Below the pieces are notes generated by a model that saw only the letters and a program-made list of their open reading frames with translations, made no database searches and was not told the DNA's origin. This document shows, piece after piece, positions 61,401-64,000 of a stretch of 64,000 nt of DNA (position 1 is its first letter; the number at the start of each line of letters is the position of its first letter). The position numbers were made by a program, and so were the translations under genes. This stretch comes from the human T2T-CHM13v2.0 reference genome, Homo sapiens: the NCBI RefSeq assembly GCF_009914755.1, contig NC_060938.1; one strand, 5' to 3'.

Positions 61401-62583
61401 TATCCCCATGGCTTTTTTATTTAGCATAATCAATTATTTTTTTTAAGCCCAGAATGTACGTATGAACCTTTCCCTCAACCAATCAACATTTACTTACTTC
61501 TGCTGTATGCTAGACACTGTCCCAGTCTTTGAGAAAATTTAAAAAATTGTTTTCAAGGATAGACAAATACCTATGAATCATATTGTTGTGAGATAAATTA
61601 AATGACAGAACTCTGCACAGACCCAAAAGAGGAGCATCTATCATGCTCGGTTTAGTCACAGAAGACTTTCAAATGAAGTAAGCCTCAAGCTGAGTCTTAA
61701 AACAAGTCACTCAAATTTGAGAAATGCAGGGCCTCTTCTTTTAAGAGGGTTTAGTCTGTTCATGAGCTGCTGTGTATTGATAATTCTTCCACCATTTTCC
61801 TCCATCCTAAATCAAAATATCCTCTACTATAGCAGTCTATGTTATATTTAGATATTTAGTTTGCAAATAGTGATTCAGTTCTACCAAAACATTTGTCACA
61901 TTAAATGAATGTTGTTAATTTAGAATTAACAGGTTTCATAGTTTTTATATTTAATTTGTAAGTTTTTTTGCTTTTATAAGACTAATAAAAGAAATATATA
62001 CCTAATTTTGTGTATATACATAGTTAAGTAATGCTTTTATATAATTAATTCAAGTTAACACCAGAACTTTATTTTCTTTAGGGGAAATCTCTTCATTGCT
62101 CATCTTGAGAAACACTGGGAGTCATCACTGACTACTTCCTCTAACCCTCACCTCCTAACCTTCCATCCTCAGGAGATAAACAATCACCAAGTCATGTTGA
62201 TTGAGCATCATAAATATTTCTTCTTCTCCACTCCATCTTCACTACCTCCACCTTAGTTGAGTCTCTTCAATGGTTTTTCATCAGAAGATCTATCTACAAG
62301 ATCAGATCCAAGCTCCTTCATATTGGGTCTCTGTACTCTGTGTTCTGATCTTCACTTGCCACAAGTGTGTCATTGCACAGCAAGCTGTCTCTGTTTTTTT
62401 CTCATAAATGCATGAGTTTCATAAAAATGCATGGCCCCCAACACAACTGTCATAAACACAGATGCATACATGGGCAATGAAATATGATGGCAGAACTTAG
62501 TTGTGAAGTGGTCAGCCTGATGACCTAGAATATACCTGCATCACATTTTTAAAATTATCATCAAAATAAGAAACACAACATTT

Positions 62584-62808
62584 TGGCCAGGCGCAGTGGC
62601 TCATGCCTGTAATCCCAGCACTTTGGGAGGCCAAGGTGGGCGGATCACAAGGTCAGGAGTTCAAGACCAGCCTGGCCAATATAGTGAAACCCCATCTCTA
62701 CTAAAAATACAAAAATTAGCCGGACGTGGTGGCAGGCACCTGTAGTCCCAGCTACTCGGGAGGCTAAGGCAGGAGAATCGCTTGAACTCGGGAAGCAGAG
62801 ATTGCAGG
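62584..62808 (+). mobile_element. AluS, 3'-truncated with no tail
   Basis: Ends abruptly at gagattgcag. Confidence 0.9.
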
Positions 62809-63334
62809 TTTTAAAATTCTCACAGGTAACTCATGAACAATGCCCTCTGCCCTTCTGAGTAAATCCTAAGCAAATGCATGGCACAGTACTCTCAACCCAG
62901 GCTGCACCCATGAAGAGGAGATCCTCAGTTAAAAGTTCTAATGGCCAATAATACTGGCTACTAGGCAATTATTCGAGAGGATTTAACCCAAAAATAGGAG
63001 CATTAAATCAAGAAACTATACAGGCTAAGGAAGAGGTATTATTAAGCAGAACAAGCTAAGATGTTTTATTAATCTTAAAGTCTTGACGATAATTATAAGG
63101 AGGTCAATAACTCAAAGTATTCGATGTGCTGCCTTTGCCCATTCTCTGCCAGAGTGCCCCAACTTGTTAACCTACACAATTGTTTCAGAATGCCACTGTT
63201 ATTCCTACATGCTGCTGATAGAATGTAGTCCTTCAAATCTATAACAGTTAGGTAATCTGCTTTTTTAAAGGAAAGTGCCAAATCTATTGGTGTGTTGATA
63301 ATTTGGTAATGAGATAAGTTGCTGAACAAGATAG

Positions 63335-63570
63335 ATTCATTCATTCGTTCATCAAATATTCATCAAGTGACAATTACATGGCACTGGGAACGCAATAGTG
63401 AACAAGAAAAAGTCCCTGCCATCATTGCATGTACATTCAATGGTGACAGATGGTTTAATAAATAAGCAAATTTAATAAATCAGCAAATAAATAAGGAAAT
63501 AAGATCCAATGTAAAAAGTACTATAGAAAAAATAAGCCAGGGTAAAAAAAAAGAGAGCAACTGGAGGTGG
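63335..63570 (-). mobile_element. L2 3' end
   Basis: attcattcattcgttcatcaaatatt...ggcactgggaacgcaatagtgaacaag. Confidence 0.75.
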
Positions 63571-63702
63571 TTATTTTTGCTAGTCATTTCTAGGGATTTT
63601 CAGATCAATAGGCACTTTTCCTCTTTGCATCTAGGGGTCTGTACTAAAAATTTCAAGCTTCCTTTCCTAACTGCCATCCAGATGTTAAGAGATTGAGGCT
63701 CA

Positions 63703-64000
<298 letters not shown>

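Noticed and set aside
63093-63344. 83-aa minus-strand ORF in mostly unique DNA
   Set aside because: The ATG derives from an L2 tail, and there is no recognisable domain or splice support

Overview
Primate (human-like) genomic DNA that is mostly interspersed repeats: about 30 Alus, old L1/L2/MIR/CR1 fragments, Tigger1, MER3, MER58, MER75, MER30, several solo LTRs and a complete THE1 LTR-int-LTR element. No intact protein-coding gene is visible, and nearly all ORFs in the track are repeat translations. Recognisable relics are a 5'-truncated RPL12 processed pseudogene fused to an AluJ, a full-length RPL27 processed pseudogene with two local DNA-level partial copies, and a 5'-truncated Y1 RNA retrocopy. 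Two things stand out. (1) There is a cluster of local template-switch scars: LTR pieces copied 2-6 kb away including a 1.4x iterated copy, serial RPL27/LTR33 junction copies, and fold-back insertions. (2) Several minus-strand, splice-site-bounded, stop-riddled segments in unique sequence may be a decayed multi-exon gene; this is inference only. From memory, an RPL12/RPL27 pseudogene pair lies at human 14q12 between SCFD1 and COCH, but I have not verified that this is that locus. Repeat subfamily names come from recalled consensus sequences and boundaries are approximate unless a TSD is given.
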